A stretch of DNA of 64,000 bases, taken from assembly GCF_964194025.1 (NCBI RefSeq), contig NC_134482.1, positions 39,990,001 to 40,054,000 of the forward strand, given 5' to 3'. Below are positions 62,650 through 64,000 of the stretch, piece after piece. The notes under the pieces were generated by a model. The model saw only the letters and a list, made by a program, of their open reading frames with translations, made no database searches and was not told the origin of the DNA. Within the stretch, counting starts at the first letter, position 1. Every line of letters starts with the position of its first letter. The stretch is from Convolutriloba macropyga. Its lineage: Eukaryota. The position numbers and the translations under genes are program-made.

Positions 62650-64000
62650 TTTACATGCATATCAACTGCCTAAAACAATACCTAAAAAGCGTTAAATATT
62701 CAAATATACAAAATAAGCATCAAATATGAAAAAAAGATTAAAAAAAGTTATATTGCAGAGTTTTTTGCAGTTTCGAATTCTGAAAAACAAACTTTTTCAG
62801 TACTAGCGGTGGACAATCTTCAGCAGAAGCTCTTAAGGAAAGAAACAAATCGTAAAGAGTAAGGCCGTAAATTATGCGATAAAGAATTTGAGAAGGATAG
62901 GGACATTCTCAGAAATTATTTGAAACAAAATTTTACTATCAATTCTGTGCAACATTGGAAAAGAAATGATGGGCTAGAGATTTATCAACAAACCGGTGAA
63001 GCTGTCTTAGGGAAAAGACAGGCCTTTGAGTAATGGACCTCACAGAAATATTGTTACTTTGGACGGAGTTGAACTGCCGCAATTTGACCTGGACGTTTTA
63101 TCACCATGACCAATGCATCTAATGAGAGACAAATTTAATTAAATGCGGCTGCCCCTTTATTTAGTCTGATTAGACCCCGCGTTACGGGACCGTCCATTTA
63201 GTTTGTCGAGTTACAACACTGACTGTAAAATGCTATGTGAAGTAGAATCGTCGGCGAAATGGTACGCCAAAAATGTGTATGGGGTTAATTGATAGAGGGG
63301 TTAAAAAAATGCATCATTTATGACAAACCAGAAGTTTCTAGTTGTTCCATTTCATAAATGGCTTAGTTCTTTTTTGATGAGAATGACAACAAAAATTTCT
63401 TAGGGACAGTCAGTTTGAGAGGCTCGTAATGGAGAAAGTGACAAACTAACCATAAAAACGAAGAAACAAATAAATAGCAGTTAACATCAACTATTGAAAG
63501 AGGGAAAGACCAGTGAAAAGATTTGGTACCAGACTTTTTGGACGTGCTAAAGTACATAAAAGCTGTACTCCGCTTCGGCCTGTTCTGTCAATATCCGGTT
63601 GCGGTTATTAGGACCTCAATAAATATCTGTCTCTCCTTTTCCATAATTTACCAGGTGCAAGTTTTGAGACTAACTGGAAAGATTCAGAGCAACTTTAGAG
63701 ACTATCATTTAGGAGGGAGATGAGCAAATAGTATAACTCGCAAATAGTATCCCCCGATGTTAAAAGGTTATACACCAATATACCAGTGGACGAGCCATGA
63801 TTGAAATTGCCTTTAAAGAGCTATACTAAAGTGACGGGGCCCAGAAACTCTCAGATCGGTTATGAAGAGTTTTTTGAGACTAAACATGACGAATGATAAA
63901 ATAAGGTGTAATAAAATTTGGTAAGCACAATGGGACAGTTTAGCCATGGTTGCTTCAATGGCCGTAATTTTGGCAAATTTGTCGATAAAATCTTTTTGAA
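62650..64000 (+). mobile_element. Penelope-like element relic (N-terminal region and RT), runs off the window end
   Basis: RLFGRAKVHKSCTPLRPVLS, IVSPDVKRLYTNIPVDE and SLAMVASMAVILANL match PLE RT motifs; upstream FLQFRI...QQKLLRKE and FLVVPFHK segments. Confidence 0.78.

Overview
AT-rich eukaryotic (metazoan-type) genomic DNA, mostly intergenic or intronic and rich in transposon relics, with two N-gaps. One clear host gene: a two-exon Tctex1-domain dynein light chain (TCTEX1D2/DYNLT2B-like, minus strand, 44902-53479) whose 8.2-kb intron holds LINE relics. There is also one candidate small secreted-peptide ORF (6175-6456). The main feature is a young CR1-type LINE (minus strand, 55071-59934, 7-bp TSD AGCATTA, (CTA)28 tail) nested inside an older LINE. 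It has three cistrons: ORF0 (SGNH/esterase-like pattern plus a K/R-rich tail), then an array of four hairpins with the same predicted fold but divergent stem sequences, then ORF1 (PHD + RRM-like), then a single in-frame UGA-CUA, then an AUG-less ORF2 (APE + RT). Two more diverged ORF0 homologues occur in the window, one heading a decayed CR1-type LINE and one directly upstream of a Penelope-like ORF, which suggests an accessory module shared across retroelement classes. Also present: a Tc1 relic with 23-bp TIRs, several CCC-ended MITEs with 2-bp TSDs, tRNA-derived SINE heads, foldback repeats and two tandem segmental duplications. All calls are from reading the sequence by eye; no searches or folding programs were run.
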